Assembly: GCF_052425735.1 (NCBI RefSeq)
Contig: NC_135758.1
Location: 6,820,001-6,884,000 of the forward strand
Direction: 5' to 3'
Length of the DNA stretch: 64,000 nucleotides
Source of the DNA: Oculina patagonica
Lineage: Eukaryota
Numbering within the stretch: position 1 is the first letter of the stretch; every line of letters starts with the position of its first letter. A program made the translations under genes and the position numbers. A model generated the notes under the pieces. The model did not search any database. It worked only from the letters and a program-made list of their open reading frames with translations, and was not told the DNA's origin. Of the stretch, positions 1-13,740 are shown in pieces.

Positions 1-1076
1 TATGGCACTGTTTGTCAAGCTGTACAGGCTGTTTTAAGCTATGGTTCTAACTTTTGAGTCTGTGGACAAATTCCTGATGTGTGACCAATCAAATGAATGT
101 AACTGAAAAAACCTTTTTCGAATATACCGGTGTGGCCGACCAGTTCTTGCTAATGAAGGCGCCCTCAGTACCAGCTACATTCTATAGGATTTCTGGAATC
201 GTTTATGTAACAAATAAAGATGACCTATGAATGCGAAGTCCAGGCTGGAGAACTGGTTAATTGGTCAGAAGACTAGACTGCACTTAAATACGGATTACAA
301 TTATAATCCTTAAAATTACCTTTCGCTCCGATCTCAGTTAGAGCGTTCAATTGTAAAATAGAAAAACAGTCCGAAAATTCCAAACTAATCTGCAACAGTT
401 CAGTATCTTTCAACTGAAGAAGTTGTTACACCAACGTCGCCAGAGTTTTATCCAGATTGCAGACGAAAGTCAACATAATAAACAATACTACATAAAAAGA
501 ATTATTTTGTTAGTCAGATTTGTCCTGTCAAATCAGTCAATGCATAAATACTATTCACTGTTGTGATGGATTTGTGGGAACATATCGGGGGGAAATGGGC
601 CATTTCAGATTCAAAACCACCGGACTGGTCGGCCAGAGTTAATTTATTATAATGATGAAAAATAACTTTTTCCCCGTCTAATCATAAAATAATGAATAAA
701 TAGTAATAATAAATTATAAGAACGCATTTCCAAAAATGTCTTTGGCGCTTTTCTATTTTGAGAATAAATCATACGCACATACCATCTAATATCAAAATTA
801 ACTTAACTAAGCTAACAAGGCAAGTTTTTAGTTTTGAAATGTACTATTGATTTAACGTTTATAATTGCAAGCGGTATCTCATAGTTTTGTTAATTTATCT
901 TTCACACAGGAAAACGCCTTGAACATTACCTTATGCGTGAAGAGAGTCTCAGAACCAAGAAGTAACAAACGTCTAGTGCCATTTTTTGTAAATACTTCTT
1001 AGATTTTTCTTACAACCGTACTCGAGAAAGAATCTAAGAAGAGGGACCACAGCCAACTAAAAGCAGATCTGTTAAA

Positions 1077-2123
1077 ATGAACTCTAGCTCTGGTGCATTT
1101 TGGTCGAAGTCTCGTAATACATCTGCTCGTCAAGTCGAGCTGACAATAAACATCATTACCTTTGTTGTATCTGTAATTGGAAATGCATTTGTTATGGCTG
1201 TTGTGAGGCGGAAGGTGAACAAATCCATTCATGATGTCTTCATTGTAAACTTGTCTATATCCGATGTGTTGTTTGTAACTGTGGAGTTGTTACGCAGTCT
1301 TTCACTCGTGTTGCATCCTCCTCCGCTGCTCTACTGCACTGCGATACGAAACCTCCCCACAATGGCGTTTTTCTTGAGCATTTTTACCATCGCTTCCATG
1401 GCCATTTTACGATGTCGCACCTTGTGTCATCCCTTTAAGCCAAAACTGCGAAGAAAAACAGGCTATGTTTGGATTTGTCTTCTCTGGCTGTTGTCAGTCC
1501 TTGTTAGGTTACCACCGATGGTGATTGCCAGGGTTACCGCCAAATACAAATGCAGGGGAAAATGGGCATCACAGACTCACAAAGACGCTTACATCATTGG
1601 TTTACTGCTGTTGAAGTGCGTATTACCGCTGGTCATCATAACGTGTGCGTACGTTAAAATTGGGATTTATCTAGCTCAGAATAAACTTCCACAAACTTGT
1701 TTAGACGAAACACAAGCAGTAAACTTTCGAGTTGTAGCAAGGAAAGAAAACGTCCAAGTTGTAAAGGTGCTGGCCGCAATTGTTTTGCTGTTTGGCTTGT
1801 GCACTTCTCCGCATCAAATCGCGTGGATGATGATCCAGTTTGGTAAGAAAAAAGAAAGGGAAATAGCAAGGGTAATTTTTAAATTTTCTTCAAGTTTGAT
1901 GAACATTCACGCCTGCGCGAATCCTTTTATATACGGAATAATGTCAAAGCAGTTTAGACAAGATTATATGAAGATTCTTGCCTGTTTACTAGACTGTCCG
2001 ATATTGCGTCGATGCTTTGGGAAGAATCGTCCTACCAAGGAACGAAAACGTCAAAAGAACAGGTTCAGAGGAAATGATGGAAGGTTGGAAGACAACGCTT
2101 TTACAGATGAGATAAACATGTAG
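1077..2123 (+). CDS. Class A GPCR, neuropeptide (galanin/allatostatin/RFamide-type) receptor-like, 348 aa, single coding exon
   Basis: Seven hydrophobic segments; GN (TM1), NLSISD (TM2), LRC at the DRY position, CTSP (TM6), NPFIY (TM7). Splice acceptor ttcacacag ending at 909 suggests a 5'UTR intron. Confidence 0.93.
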   Translation: MNSSSGAFWSKSRNTSARQVELTINIITFVVSVIGNAFVMAVVRRKVNKSIHDVFIVNLSISDVLFVTVELLRSLSLVLHPPPLLYCTAIRNLPTMAFFLSIFTIASMAILRCRTLCHPFKPKLRRKTGYVWICLLWLLSVLVRLPPMVIARVTAKYKCRGKWASQTHKDAYIIGLLLLKCVLPLVIITCAYVKIGIYLAQNKLPQTCLDETQAVNFRVVARKENVQVVKVLAAIVLLFGLCTSPHQIAWMMIQFGKKKEREIARVIFKFSSSLMNIHACANPFIYGIMSKQFRQDYMKILACLLDCPILRRCFGKNRPTKERKRQKNRFRGNDGRLEDNAFTDEINM

Positions 2124-3587
2124 CAGATATCAGATCTAGACGGAGTGCACATGTAACTCGGCCATTTTGCGAAATAAAATTTTCCAAAGCGTTTGCTCTC
2201 GTTATAATGAAATGAAACTGTACGCATTCATAACATTAATTACGATATTCTATTCAGTCCGGAGTTATTACGTTTATGCTGCCCTCCTTATCTCGCAACA
2301 TTAATAATATTTGTTGTTTTGCCGAATCTACACTTGCAGGGGCGTAGCCAGCTTTTTGAGGGTTTTTGGGCCGGCCCACCCCTTTTTTGGGGGGGGGGGT
2401 GGGGGGGCCGCCGGGGNNNNNNNNNNNNNNNNNNNNNNNNNNNNNNNNNNNNNNNNNNNNNNNNNNNNNNNNNNNNNNNNNNNNNNNNNNNNNNNNNNNN
2501 NNNNNNNNNNNNNNNNNNNNNNNNNNNNNNNNNNNNNNNNNNNNCGGCCCCCGGGCGTGGTGCCCCCCCCCACTTGTGTTTTGAAACTCAAGAAAATACA
2601 TAGTAATCGTACATGCATTAGCGGATTTTGATTTGTTTGATTATTGTGAGTGTCAGGAAAAAGCATAGATAAAGAAATAAAAAAAAAATTGGAATATTTA
2701 TTTTGGAGTATGCTAACAAATAAAATTTTATCCGGCTGTCCTTTAGAAAATTAAGACCTTATCTTTTTCTATTGTTTTACTGAGTTGTAGCATATGCGTG
2801 ACAGATTTCTGTAGTGACATATGCGTGGCATTTCTTTTTATTTTGGGGACCTCAGATCAAGTACTAAATTGCGTTCCAAAATAATTTGGGCTGTAAAGGG
2901 TTAAGAAAAAGGAATGATTTTTGTACAGAATCGTGCTTTCTGTGGTGGTGCTGTTAATGTGTCTGTGTGGCTTAAAGTACTCTCAGAAATATGCAGCAAA
3001 ATTGAATTCTGAGGACACTAAATTTCAAATTTTCTTGATGAAGCAAGGAAGCTGCAGGAAGCTGTATCCTTCAAACTTGGTGAATAAAAGCTTTTGCCTT
3101 GTATCTTAACTTTACAATTCATAAATTGTCCAGAATTCAATTTTTGTAAAAGATATTTGCCATCGGATTCCCAAACAAACACTGTAATTTCTGCCCGCTT
3201 TTTGCCTACTCGTCAAGATGGCTTCGAAAACCGTGATAAGGCCTATTATGTTTCTCACTATCATTTCTTTGAATACTATTTTTATACTCTTACATTTCGA
3301 TAAATTACATTTTTTAAGACAAATAAATGTTATCACTTTGTGTACATAAAAAATGGCCGACATACGTTCTTTTTTTTTTATTTGGCAGGCAGACCATGGT
3401 GATACAATACAACGCTCGTGTACAATTATTGCAAGTATTTAAAGCAAACTAAGAAGCAATGTTGACATAAGTACTTGTTATAGGGCTGGGGGTGTTTTTT
3501 TTATTTTTTTCTAGTCCGCCTTGTTTAGCCTGGGTTTCCTAAATTAAAAAGGTGATTAAAATATAACTTTATTGAAGCACATCAAAG

Positions 3588-4802
3588 TTATACAGCCGTC
3601 TCTTTCCTCTCTCTGTATATGGTTTTAGAATGAACTCGAAAATATGTTGTTTCTGCGGTTTCAACTGGCACTTTCTCTGCGACGTCCTGTGTATTGCCTG
3701 ATAATAAGTAGTTTAATTTAAGGTTTTGCAGATGTGCCATTGATATTCTTGCTCTTTTCAAAATTTTGCCAGTTTCCTCTCGATTCTTTTTACATTGTAA
3801 GGGTCTACATTGAATCAACGAATTAAACCAGCGCACATATCGAGCCAACCTGGAGCGAAAATGTTTTGTGAGAGTTCCATACGCAATGGGGTTCACGCAG
3901 CTATGAAAGATTGTTAATATCGACGCGTATCGCCGGACCGCTCGTGCAATAAGGACTTGGTCTTCGTCTCCAAACAACATCACTATTGTTGTTAAGCGCA
4001 AGGGCAGCATACAAAGCACAAATAACACCACAATCACAGTTAGAGTTTTAACTACCTTGATATTTTCACGCCTGGCGGTGCATGTCTTTATTTGTCCGTT
4101 CTCATCCAAGTCAAATCTTGGAGCAGGTGACCGCGCTAAGTCTTTAGCAATGCGAAAATAAGCATATGAAATGATAAATAACGGTATTGCAAACCGTGCG
4201 GTGAATAATCCAAGGGTGTATATTTTTTTAATGCTTGGATTCGGCCACTGCTGAATACAACGGTTTGCATACGATGTAGACACCAGGATTTTTGGCACAA
4301 CTAGCCCCATGGATAGAATCCATACCAAAACCAACCAACCCACAATCGAACGTTGCGATATAGTTCCGTGTCTGAATGGGTTTGTGATAACATAGCAGCG
4401 ATGAACCGCCATGACAGTTAGGGTAAAGATACTTGCTCCCAAAGCCACTGTGATCAGAGACGCAATAAACTTGCAGTAGAAAGCAGAAGGGCGAAATTTC
4501 ACCAAGAAGATATAGATTTGAAAAGGAAGATATATTGTTATAAGCAGTAGATCACATATTGCAAGATTAAGGATGAACAACTCATGCGGTCGCCACGTTC
4601 GAGTTTTCTTTCGTCCGATAATGATCAAAACAGTAAGATTTCCTGTAAAACCAAGAACCAGTGTTAAAATATAAAAACCAAAGGTCGTCTTCAACCATAA
4701 AATGGTGTTCTTGTGTTGAACAAGTAGTGAAATTCTGCTTCCTGTCTCAGATGTACTGTTGTTTATGATGTCCTGTATTGTCGCAGATGTGCTGTAATTC
4801 AT
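3588..4802 (-). CDS. Class A GPCR, neuropeptide receptor-like, 404 aa
   Basis: GN, NLAICD, HRC at DRY, CMLP, NPIAY; N-terminal N-glycosylation sequons (NYS, NNS/NST); paralogous to its neighbours. Confidence 0.95.
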   Translation of the reverse strand: MNYSTSATIQDIINNSTSETGSRISLLVQHKNTILWLKTTFGFYILTLVLGFTGNLTVLIIIGRKKTRTWRPHELFILNLAICDLLLITIYLPFQIYIFLVKFRPSAFYCKFIASLITVALGASIFTLTVMAVHRCYVITNPFRHGTISQRSIVGWLVLVWILSMGLVVPKILVSTSYANRCIQQWPNPSIKKIYTLGLFTARFAIPLFIISYAYFRIAKDLARSPAPRFDLDENGQIKTCTARRENIKVVKTLTVIVVLFVLCMLPLRLTTIVMLFGDEDQVLIARAVRRYASILTIFHSCVNPIAYGTLTKHFRSRLARYVRWFNSLIQCRPLQCKKNREETGKILKRARISMAHLQNLKLNYLLSGNTQDVAEKVPVETAETTYFRVHSKTIYRERKETAV

Positions 4803-5586
4803 TATGATCCGAACTGACTCTTGCAGATATAGTGCTATTCAGGAAGGTCAGTAAAAACCGCAATGTCACTGTCAAAATATGTTGTCAGTGCTAGCAATTT
4901 TTTGAAAATAGGAAATTCTAAAAGTCGAGCGTTAATTTCGCTGGCCACCCAAGGAACGCTTTGGTTTTGTTGCATAAAATCCTAAAACTAATGAAATTCT
5001 CACGGCATGACATATTTCAGAACCACAGGAAACTCTTTGCTAGCAACCAATGACATTTCATGAATTTGAAAAAACGACAAGCTGCAGAAATAAGGGTCTT
5101 GCACAATTAAGTTGCAAATAAGGCGGATAATGAAGGGAGGAAATACTAGCCACAATAATCAATTTGAAGAAGCGTCACGAAAGAAAACAAAAAAACAAAT
5201 GATCAATGACTAACGATTTTTTAGGTCTCTTGTGTTTTGCCCGGCTCAATTTAACTACAGGGACAAAGTTAGCTGGCGTTAGCATACGGTCCTGTCAAGC
5301 TCTTCTGTTCTTTTAATTGAATTTTATTAATTTTTTTTTGTAAAAGTAAAAACGAATATATTAATCTATATTAGTTATACTTAGTTTGTTTTTTTCTTAA
5401 ACATTTTTCAGTTTTGGCTTTACAAGAAAGCTCTTTTTTGTTTTTAAGAGAAGTAATATTTGTATAAAAGCAACTAATTAGAGGGTTAGATGGTATTAAC
5501 AATTATAATTGATAGCTAGGAATTGGTTAATTAATTTACTGCTAGTTGAGAAACGACAAGTTTTTTTTAACTGTTAGTTAAGATCA

Positions 5587-5682
5587 AGCCTGGGAAAGCT
5601 GACCTACTTCTGGCTGTCGTTTCTCTCCGCCGAAAAGTAAGAGAGAAACAACAGCCGGAAACACGTCTGCTTTCGCAGGCTA
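5587..5682. mobile_element. Short hairpin MITE (agcctg...caggcta family)
   Basis: Imperfect arms agcctgggaaagctgac..ggctgtcgtttctctc / gagagaaacaacagcc..gtctgctttcgcaggct. Confidence 0.65.
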
Positions 5683-6126
5683 GATGAGATCTAAAACTAG
5701 AAGATTTACTGAAAGAAATGGGTTGAATTTAAACTGACAGCTAAGAAATCGCCGAAGTTTTTCTAATAACTGAGATTCAAACACCCCAATCTAGACACTC
5801 TAAGGATCTTATTAACAATTCTAACCACGTCACTATAAAATGCAAAAACACAAATCAGGAAGAAAAAAAAAACTGTGTAGAGCATGTATGATATGACATA
5901 GAGCACTTGAGTGCCCTGCATCCTGACAGATTTCGTGAACATATACGATCAGTGAAAAAGAGCGAAGACCTCACTGTCGCGAAAAATTCCTCTTCCCCTG
6001 GCCACAGCTAGTGTTAACGACATGTGATTTTCAACAACAAGACCCTGCATCCAAAAGGCGCATCTATCGACTTTCCTTTTTCTGTGACAGTCAGCGCTTA
6101 TGTTGAAGATGCATTTAATTATTTTA

Positions 6127-6481
6127 GGGCGCGTTCGTTTGAGAACATTCTGGGAAAGGGATGTATTCCGGAATATATTCCGGTTATTCTGCTCCTGGAA
6201 GCAAAATAGCCGGAATGGAAATCCAAGTATCCGGAATAGGAAGAGCAGCCAAACGAACGCTAGCTTGCATCATGTCCAATGGGCCATTTTCGATATATTA
6301 ATATTCTTACTTGGCTCCGAGGCTTGGGAGAGAAAAACAAAAGGAATGATTTATTCATCAATCAACCTCGACGTGATATCTTTTGTTTTATTCCCCCAAG
6401 CCTCGGAGCCAAGTTAGAATTATAATATATCGGAAATGGCCTATTATTCTTATTTCGAATTGATCCCAAACGAACGCGCTC
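6127..6481. mobile_element. PIF/Harbinger-like MITE with a second hairpin MITE nested at 6278-6445
   Basis: TIR gggcgcgttcgtttg / caaacgaacgcgctc, TTA on both flanks; inner element aatgggccatttt..cttggctccgaggcttggg / cccaagcctcggagccaag..aaatggcctatt. Confidence 0.8.
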
Positions 6482-7467
6482 TTAATGAACAAGCGCGTAC
6501 TGTCGGTTCACGGCATTTTTAACGCTCATGAAGGAATTGGTCATAATAATGTAGCTGTGTTTAAGTAATTATCTTGTCTATTGTTACATTAATTGTTTTG
6601 AGTACCACGTTAATATCTCCCACAATTATGCTTGGCCTTTCAGTTTTCCCGATAAGAGAGGAAATCAGCAAGGGGTCACAATTACCATAAGACACAAATG
6701 TCGGGTTTTTGTTGATAGAGACTGCATGTGTTTCCATAACGAATAAATAAATAAAGTACCTTAATATTTATTTTTTAACACGGTAGTATTCCTACAAAGC
6801 TTGCGGGGCAGTGTATTCTCGATCGACCCTGATAAACCTGAATTAGGTTACTCTGATTTCAAATCAGAATCAAATCAAACAAGTCATGAATCATTGGTTT
6901 CCATTTTTTTGATTTTAGCATTTATTTCCATATCATTTTTAACAATCAGCTCCTTTTATAAATTAACTATAAATTAGATTTCATTTAAGGTAATTAAAAT
7001 AATTACTTTGCATGCATGCCGTATTTGCTTGGACAAGCGTTCAAAGGACTTTTCAAATTTTACATTTTCTCTTCTAAAGTTCCAAGATTAAATTAGGCTT
7101 TATTTAATACATTTTAAACTAGTGGCAATACTCCCTTCTCTTACTTCATAGATTCATTTGTCTGTTTTTAAGGGCGTGTGGATGGGTGGGTGAGTCTTTA
7201 TTTCCCGTTTCATGATTCTAAAGGGGCTTATTAAAGGTGGGGGGAGGGGGGGGGGTTCTTGATCGAGGAAAAAGGGAGGTTAGATTTAACCTTTTTCTGA
7301 ACGACAAGAACGGTACTTAACTAGCTGATGATGACAGTGATTAGCTGTAAAGATCTGTGCCAAATTAACCGCTGATGTGCTGTAACCAAAATTGTAAACC
7401 TATCGCTTTTTACTCACATCATAAACAAAATTTACAAACAAAATGTGTAAAAAACTCAATATGTGTT

Positions 7468-8388
7468 TCAACATGCTTTGTGGCAACAGAAAACGGACCT
7501 TACATATCTTATGTATTCACGACGAAAATACTTTGTTATAGTTCCATAAACTATGGGATTCACACAGGCGTGCAAATATGCCGCGATATCAGCCACTCTT
7601 AATAACACCATTCCGACTTCCCTATGTTTTTCAGCTCCAAAATCTGCAATTAGCCACGCGACCTGAATTGGCAACATACAGAGGGCGAATAATATTACTA
7701 TCATCCCCATCATCTTGATAATTTGAAAGTCTTCTTTTCGTCTCACTTCTAAGGCAAAGCGGTCCTGCGCGTTGGAGTCGTGTCGCTTCTTGGCTTTCCT
7801 TATTTCAATTCCTATCAGTATATAAGCGCCGGCGATGGTTGTCAGCGGTAGAGCATACTGCAGTGTAAACAGGACAGCGGTGTACACGCGACTCTGGTGT
7901 GATGCCCAGTTTTCTTTACAACCCCCGTTCTCTGCGGTTTCCGCCACGATGATGAGCGGAAGTAGAAGCAGAAATCCGATGATCCAAATAACTGTGATCC
8001 ACATGATGACGTACCTGTGACGCATTTCCGGTTTTAAAGAGTTGATGATAACACGACATCGGTAGACCGCCATAAACGTCAAAGTAAAGACACTGACGTT
8101 AAATGTGGCAGTCATAAGAGGGGCGATTAACTTGCAGAAAACCAATGGAAAGTCAATCCCGCCCAGGAGAAAAGCGTTAACTGGTAATGACAGCAACATG
8201 AGCGTCAAGTCAGACATTGACAAGTTAGAAATAAGAATGTCATTTACTGACTTTCGCTTTTTCGTCCACAAGACAAGAAGAACAAGAACGTTTCCGATTA
8301 CTCCAAGGAGGACTGTTAACACGTATAAACCCAGCTTTATGTGTATTTCTGTCTGAGTGACTGTGGAAAAGTTTGTAGGGTTCCCCAT
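7468..8388 (-). CDS. Class A GPCR, neuropeptide receptor-like, 306 aa, almost no C-tail
   Basis: GN, NLSMSD, YRC at DRY, CMLP, NPIVY, ends FCCHKAC; minus-strand acceptor ttttactcag near 8542. Confidence 0.95.
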   Translation of the reverse strand: MGNPTNFSTVTQTEIHIKLGLYVLTVLLGVIGNVLVLLVLWTKKRKSVNDILISNLSMSDLTLMLLSLPVNAFLLGGIDFPLVFCKLIAPLMTATFNVSVFTLTFMAVYRCRVIINSLKPEMRHRYVIMWITVIWIIGFLLLLPLIIVAETAENGGCKENWASHQSRVYTAVLFTLQYALPLTTIAGAYILIGIEIRKAKKRHDSNAQDRFALEVRRKEDFQIIKMMGMIVILFALCMLPIQVAWLIADFGAEKHREVGMVLLRVADIAAYLHACVNPIVYGTITKYFRREYIRYVRSVFCCHKAC

Positions 8389-11300
8389 TGATGTGGAAGA
8401 TCAATATGTTGAGCTTCAGAAGTTGTCGTCAGGAGGTGGGATATTCAATCAATGGAAGTTCTCTTTTTTATAATTACTTGTGCTCCTTGGCGCTGTTGTA
8501 GGGCAAGTCCTTGCCTTGCAAACAGGTGAATAACGTAGACCCTGAGTAAAATAAAAGAGACAATTGTTACGGTCACCAAGTACGCGGTGTATGTAGTCGA
8601 AGGGAAATGATTCGCCTTGGTCTGCTGCTACTAACGTAATTGTACATTTGAACAGAAAAGCGTTCAACCCATTTTTCAAATACTATGTTGTATTTACGAA
8701 TTTGCCGAGTAATGTTTGTCAGAATTGCTGAAATTAAACGCGTTGTTCCTCATAGCAAATTGTATTATGATTCCCTAATTTTGAAATTGAAGATGTACAA
8801 TCTTTTGCATAGGAAGATCTCAGTGAGATGTTCATTTTAAAGGGGTTTGTAATTAAGCGCGTAGTTGGAATGACGCCAGCTTATGGACAAACTGACAAAA
8901 CTACTTGGAGGGGGGACCTTCCATGAACTGACATCTCGAACAGGGAAGTAGCAATATAGATGTCATGATGCTACGAAAACCGGAAGACCTTCCGGTGGAT
9001 ATGAGCCTCTATGGCTCGAGGGCAGGCTTTACTCTTACCAGATTTCATTGGCATATTCACTATGGAGAATTCTATGATTGATAATATTTTTTAAAGACAA
9101 ATTGAAACAGGAGATCGACATTTAACTTTGTGATTGCAAGGAATGTTTTGACTACTAATGTAATGAAAGTAATTAAAAAATACGATATAAATAAAAAGCT
9201 TGAATATTAATCAGCAAGCGTCGAGGAAGATTAAAATAAAGCAAAAAGAAAATCCTTTACGTTTTCCTTTTTTTTAGGGTAAGGCAGAACTAAAAAATCC
9301 GTCTTTACCATATATGATTAGATGTTGAGTTGGGAGTTGAATTGTTAATGACACCTCACTGATAAAAAAGACCGATTCACTGCTGATTTAATTTGAATGT
9401 TGCGTTAAAAAAGAAAAGCTGTATAAACTCTTTGTTTCGAGAGCAAGATCCTTACCTGAAAAGTTATTAGAAGGCCTAAATACTTCGCTAAATTGGAAGT
9501 GAACCAAAATTTTTATGACTGTTGACATAAGCTCCCAAAATGAACTACAGAAGACAAACATTATTCCAAGAAATAACAAAAGGACACTTCCAAATTAGCA
9601 TTCGAAAAGGAATACTCGCATTTCCTATTTTCAAGCTGAGATGGAAACATAGTTCTGAAATACTAATTCATGTAATTTCGGTCTTTTCCGCAATTATCAG
9701 GTTTCAAGCCTGGAAAAACGTTTGAGCGATACGCATTCTAACTGATTTGAAATTTAGTAGCATTAAAACAAAAAGGCACAAAAGCTCACATTTCTAATGA
9801 AATACAAACAAAGTCCTACATAGAAAAATCGACAAAATTTTCCTTGCTCTGACGCAAAAACTTGTGTAATAAAGTAAAAAAAATTAAAAGCTTCGAGAAG
9901 AAGAAACATTTTCCCCTTGTATCCGCCCTTTGATAATACCTCGTTTGAACTGCGCTGGTTTGCTATTTATTGTTGGACAAAATATGCCACCACCCTGCTA
10001 CTGGTATAGTTTGTTCAGCTTCATTGAATTTAAAATTAAAAAGCAAAAATATCAAAACGCCGAGAGCCAACATTGCGCGACATTTGTTTAAAATAAAATT
10101 TTAGAGTTTTATATACAGTACCTTTAAACTTGTCTAGTTTTCGTGGTCGCCTTGTGGCTTAGAGACTTGGTCAATTGTTGCACTTAGGTGAAATGAAGTA
10201 AAATATTCTTTATACGAATTAAAAGCAAATAAAAAACCTACGCATTTTAGATGACAGTTCTTAGCTCGACCAACTACCGCGAGCGAAGAGTAATTGAGAC
10301 ATTTGCAGAGTCAACACAAGATTTTCCCAATTTAATATGTGTCGCCTAATAATGACAGTGTCCATAAATTGCCTAAGTTATCATGTTTTTTGTTTTGGTC
10401 GCGCGGACAAGAGTATAAAAATATTGTCTTTAAAGTAAAAAAAAAAATGGTTTATTGAAAAGAATCTTAGTATTGAAAATTTTTGATTTGTACCGATTGC
10501 AAACATGATGGCGGGTCTGCGGATGTGATAGTTAAATAGTGCCGTCGGCAAATTAGGGACCTATTGTGCCGCTGAAAGCATAACGAAAGGAAACGATTCG
10601 ATAACTTCACTGTTAATCGTTTTATCTTCCACTTTTATTTCAAAGGGGAGGAAAATGTCTTCGATAGAAAACCGTTGGAGCAAGGGGATTTTGCCAGTTT
10701 CAATAAATAAACACGTTATTAGGTACGAAGAGGATAATTCGATGTAAATAAGAAAAAAATAAATACTACAATGAATTTAGCATTAAATGAAAAATTACCA
10801 GAATGTAATTGTCACTTGCTACAAACCTTGCAAGCTAACAGTTCCATGCACGAAATGAGTAAGACCATGTTTCAAAAAGCTGCCATGTTAGCCGTGTCAT
10901 GTTTTATACTTTTTAAAACGTTGATTCAAACCGTGCTTTTGTAAAATATTAAAATGAAAAATCGCGTGCACGTAGGAAAGACTGTTTTGTCTCCGGAAAT
11001 CCCGGAAAGTCTCTCTAAATGTAGTTCTTTTTATATTCGTGTAGCCTCAGGGATGTGAAAGTAAAAGTGCTTATCTTGGTTTCAACAGAAAGTGTTTCAG
11101 CGAAGAAAGACTTGCGTTATTAAGCGAGAATTGTTCGATACGATACGTGCACGTTAATTTACGTGACATTCAAGAAGTTTCGATTTTCGTGATTTGTCCG
11201 CGATGTTTTTAGAATAGCACGTTATTGTGGCGCCAAAGGAGTTTATTTTTTGATAAGATTACAGTTTTTTTTATAAACGGACATAAATCATTTCTCAAAT

Positions 11301-12699
11301 TGAATGTGTTCGCGTCTGTGCCTTTATCCAATAAGCTAAGTAAATGTCTGATATGGTACCGGTTCTAGTAGATAATAAAAGGAAAGATCTAGGAGCTAAA
11401 ATTGATCAGATAACAAAACATTATAACAAATGTTCTGTAATTATCTTAATTCGGAAGACGAAGTTTACAAAACAAGAAGATCAAAACAAACAAACAGAAA
11501 ACTTACTTCCGTGTTAAAACAAAAAAATAAAATTGTGACATAAACGTAAACCAAATCAGATAAAATCGAATATTCACTTTGTAGAAAGCAAACTGATCAA
11601 GAAGTTGATTTTAAACGCTCGACAATTGTTTCTTTTTCATAATTTGCGATAACACATTTACGGATAAACTATAATGTACTTAACATAGTTGTGGTTTAAA
11701 ATGGCGACTCATAACAATGGCATGCTTTTTGCGGTGAACAGATCACGTCAAAAAGCATTTGTTTACAATCTATTTTGAGGAAAATGGGGAAAGTTTTAAG
11801 TACGTACATATGCACTCACGAACTAATAAAATACGTACAAATATCGTGTGTAAACAAATAGAAAATATCGCCAAAATTGAATTTAAGATGCAAATTATAT
11901 TTTGTACATTTCTCTGACGGTACAGGCACCGAGGTTAACATTTACAATTATAGACTCATCTTTTTAGCATGAGGAGGCTGCCTAATGAGGTATAGAGGGA
12001 AAAAATGTCGTCGAGTGGAGCAAACCAGCGTGGTCTGTGAGAACGAGTTCGTTTTTCTGATTTTATTTTTTCGGATCGCTCCGCGCGCCGTCTTTTTTTC
12101 GCCCTTTACCCCACTAGGGAGCCTGTTCGCAGGCTGCGTTGATTTGTGCTATTACTTTATTATTATGCTAGCTGAAAACAAAGTTGTTACGCAAAAAGTC
12201 GCTTACTCTAAAAACTCTTAATGTTATATTCAACTGTAATGATCGTTTTATGGTTAAGCCCTTACCTTCTGCTCAAACGTTTGCGTGACGGGCCCAAGTC
12301 TGCGTAGGAGGTTTAAATAATTCACGAAAAAAAGGCCGAAAATGCTTCTCTGATGTTTAAAATCTGCAGATCCCCTCAAAGCACTATAAATAGTTACAAA
12401 CAAAGGTAATTCCAGTTCTCTGCATTAATTTAAGATAGTATTGAAAGCTTTTTTCCATGAGATAACTAAAAATATCAAATTAAATCATAGTTTCGATATT
12501 TTTAATCGGAATGTTAAAAAGAAAACGTCCTTAAAAAAGATTAACCGCTGAAAGAAGAGCTCCAGTTAACTTCATTTCAGATCGATTTAAAAACATTTAA
12601 AACAATGAATGAATGTTTTTTTTATATATCAACATTTTTTTCTCGTTTTTGGTCATTTTACTTTTTTTGAATAACGTAAGGATACCAATCATTCAGAGT

Positions 12700-12872
12700 C
12701 AATAGTCGATTCCCTCTATAGCGCGCACCCGCAGGGAATCACGGTAGTTGTATTCATCAAACCCTGCGCGAGACTCAGCAACGTGCATCTTTGCTAAGTC
12801 TCGCGCACGGTTTGATAAATACAACTACCGTGATTCCCTGCAGGCGCGCGATATAGAGGGAGTCGGCTATTG
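12700..12872. repeat. 173-bp near-perfect palindrome (foldback MITE)
   Basis: Arms 12700-12781 and 12791-12872 are reverse complements with few mismatches around a ~9-nt loop. Confidence 0.85.
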
Positions 12873-13227
12873 CCAATCTCTTGTTTTTCAAGTACAAATA
12901 CAAACTTCAACTAAACCTTAGCAGTGATCTGAGAGAGTTGTGCTATTTCCTCGCATTATTAACGTAGTTTAAACCCCCATGTAAATTCGTAAGTAGAGCT
13001 TTTTCCCATATGAACAATTTTTTTAATTATCAGATTAATTGCAATTGGTGCTCACGCGATAGTCAAGATTGAGTGCGATTGGTATATAGAAACAGGCTAA
13101 CAATCGACAGCGGTTTTAGACAACTGTATTGATGTATTTAGCAATTTTCCAAGTATACACGCGCATAGTATAGTTTTGCCGACTTTTTCCCATCTTTGTA
13201 ATGCTTTAAGGGCATATGTTATTTTTA

Positions 13228-13740
13228 GTTCGTTCGTTCGTTTGTTCGTTCGTTCCGGTTCGTTCGTTCGTTCGTTCGTTCAGATCGTTCGTTTNNNNNN
13301 NNNNNNNNNNNNNNNNNNNNNNNNNNNNNNNNNNNNNNNNNNNNNNNNNNNNNNNNNNNNNNNNNNNNNNNNNNNNNNNNNNNNNNNNNNNNNNNNNNNN
13401 NNNNNNNNNNNNNNNNNNNNNNNNNNNNNNNNNNNNNNNNNNNNNNNNNNNNNNNNNNNNTCGTTCGTTCCGGTTCGTTCGTTCGTTCGTTCGTTCGTTC
13501 GTTCGTTCGTTCGTTCGTTCGTTCGTTCGTTCGTTCAGATCGTTCGTTTGTTCGTTCGTTCNNNNNNNNNNNNNNNNNNNNNNNNNNNNNNNNNNNNNNN
13601 NNNNNNNNNNNNNNNNNNNNNNNNNNNNNNNNNNNNNNNNNNNNNNNNNNNNNNNNNNNNNNNNNNNNNNNNNNNNNNNNNNNNNNNNNNNNNNNGTCGT
13701 TCGTTCGTTCGTTCGTCGTTCGTTCGTTCGTTCGTTCGTT
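13228..13740. repeat. (TTCG)n microsatellite spanning two N-gaps
   Basis: Direct reading. Confidence 0.97.

Noticed and set aside
2254-2666. ORFs across the first gap
   Set aside because: They run through Ns and a G-rich MITE-like remnant (caggggcgtagcca start).
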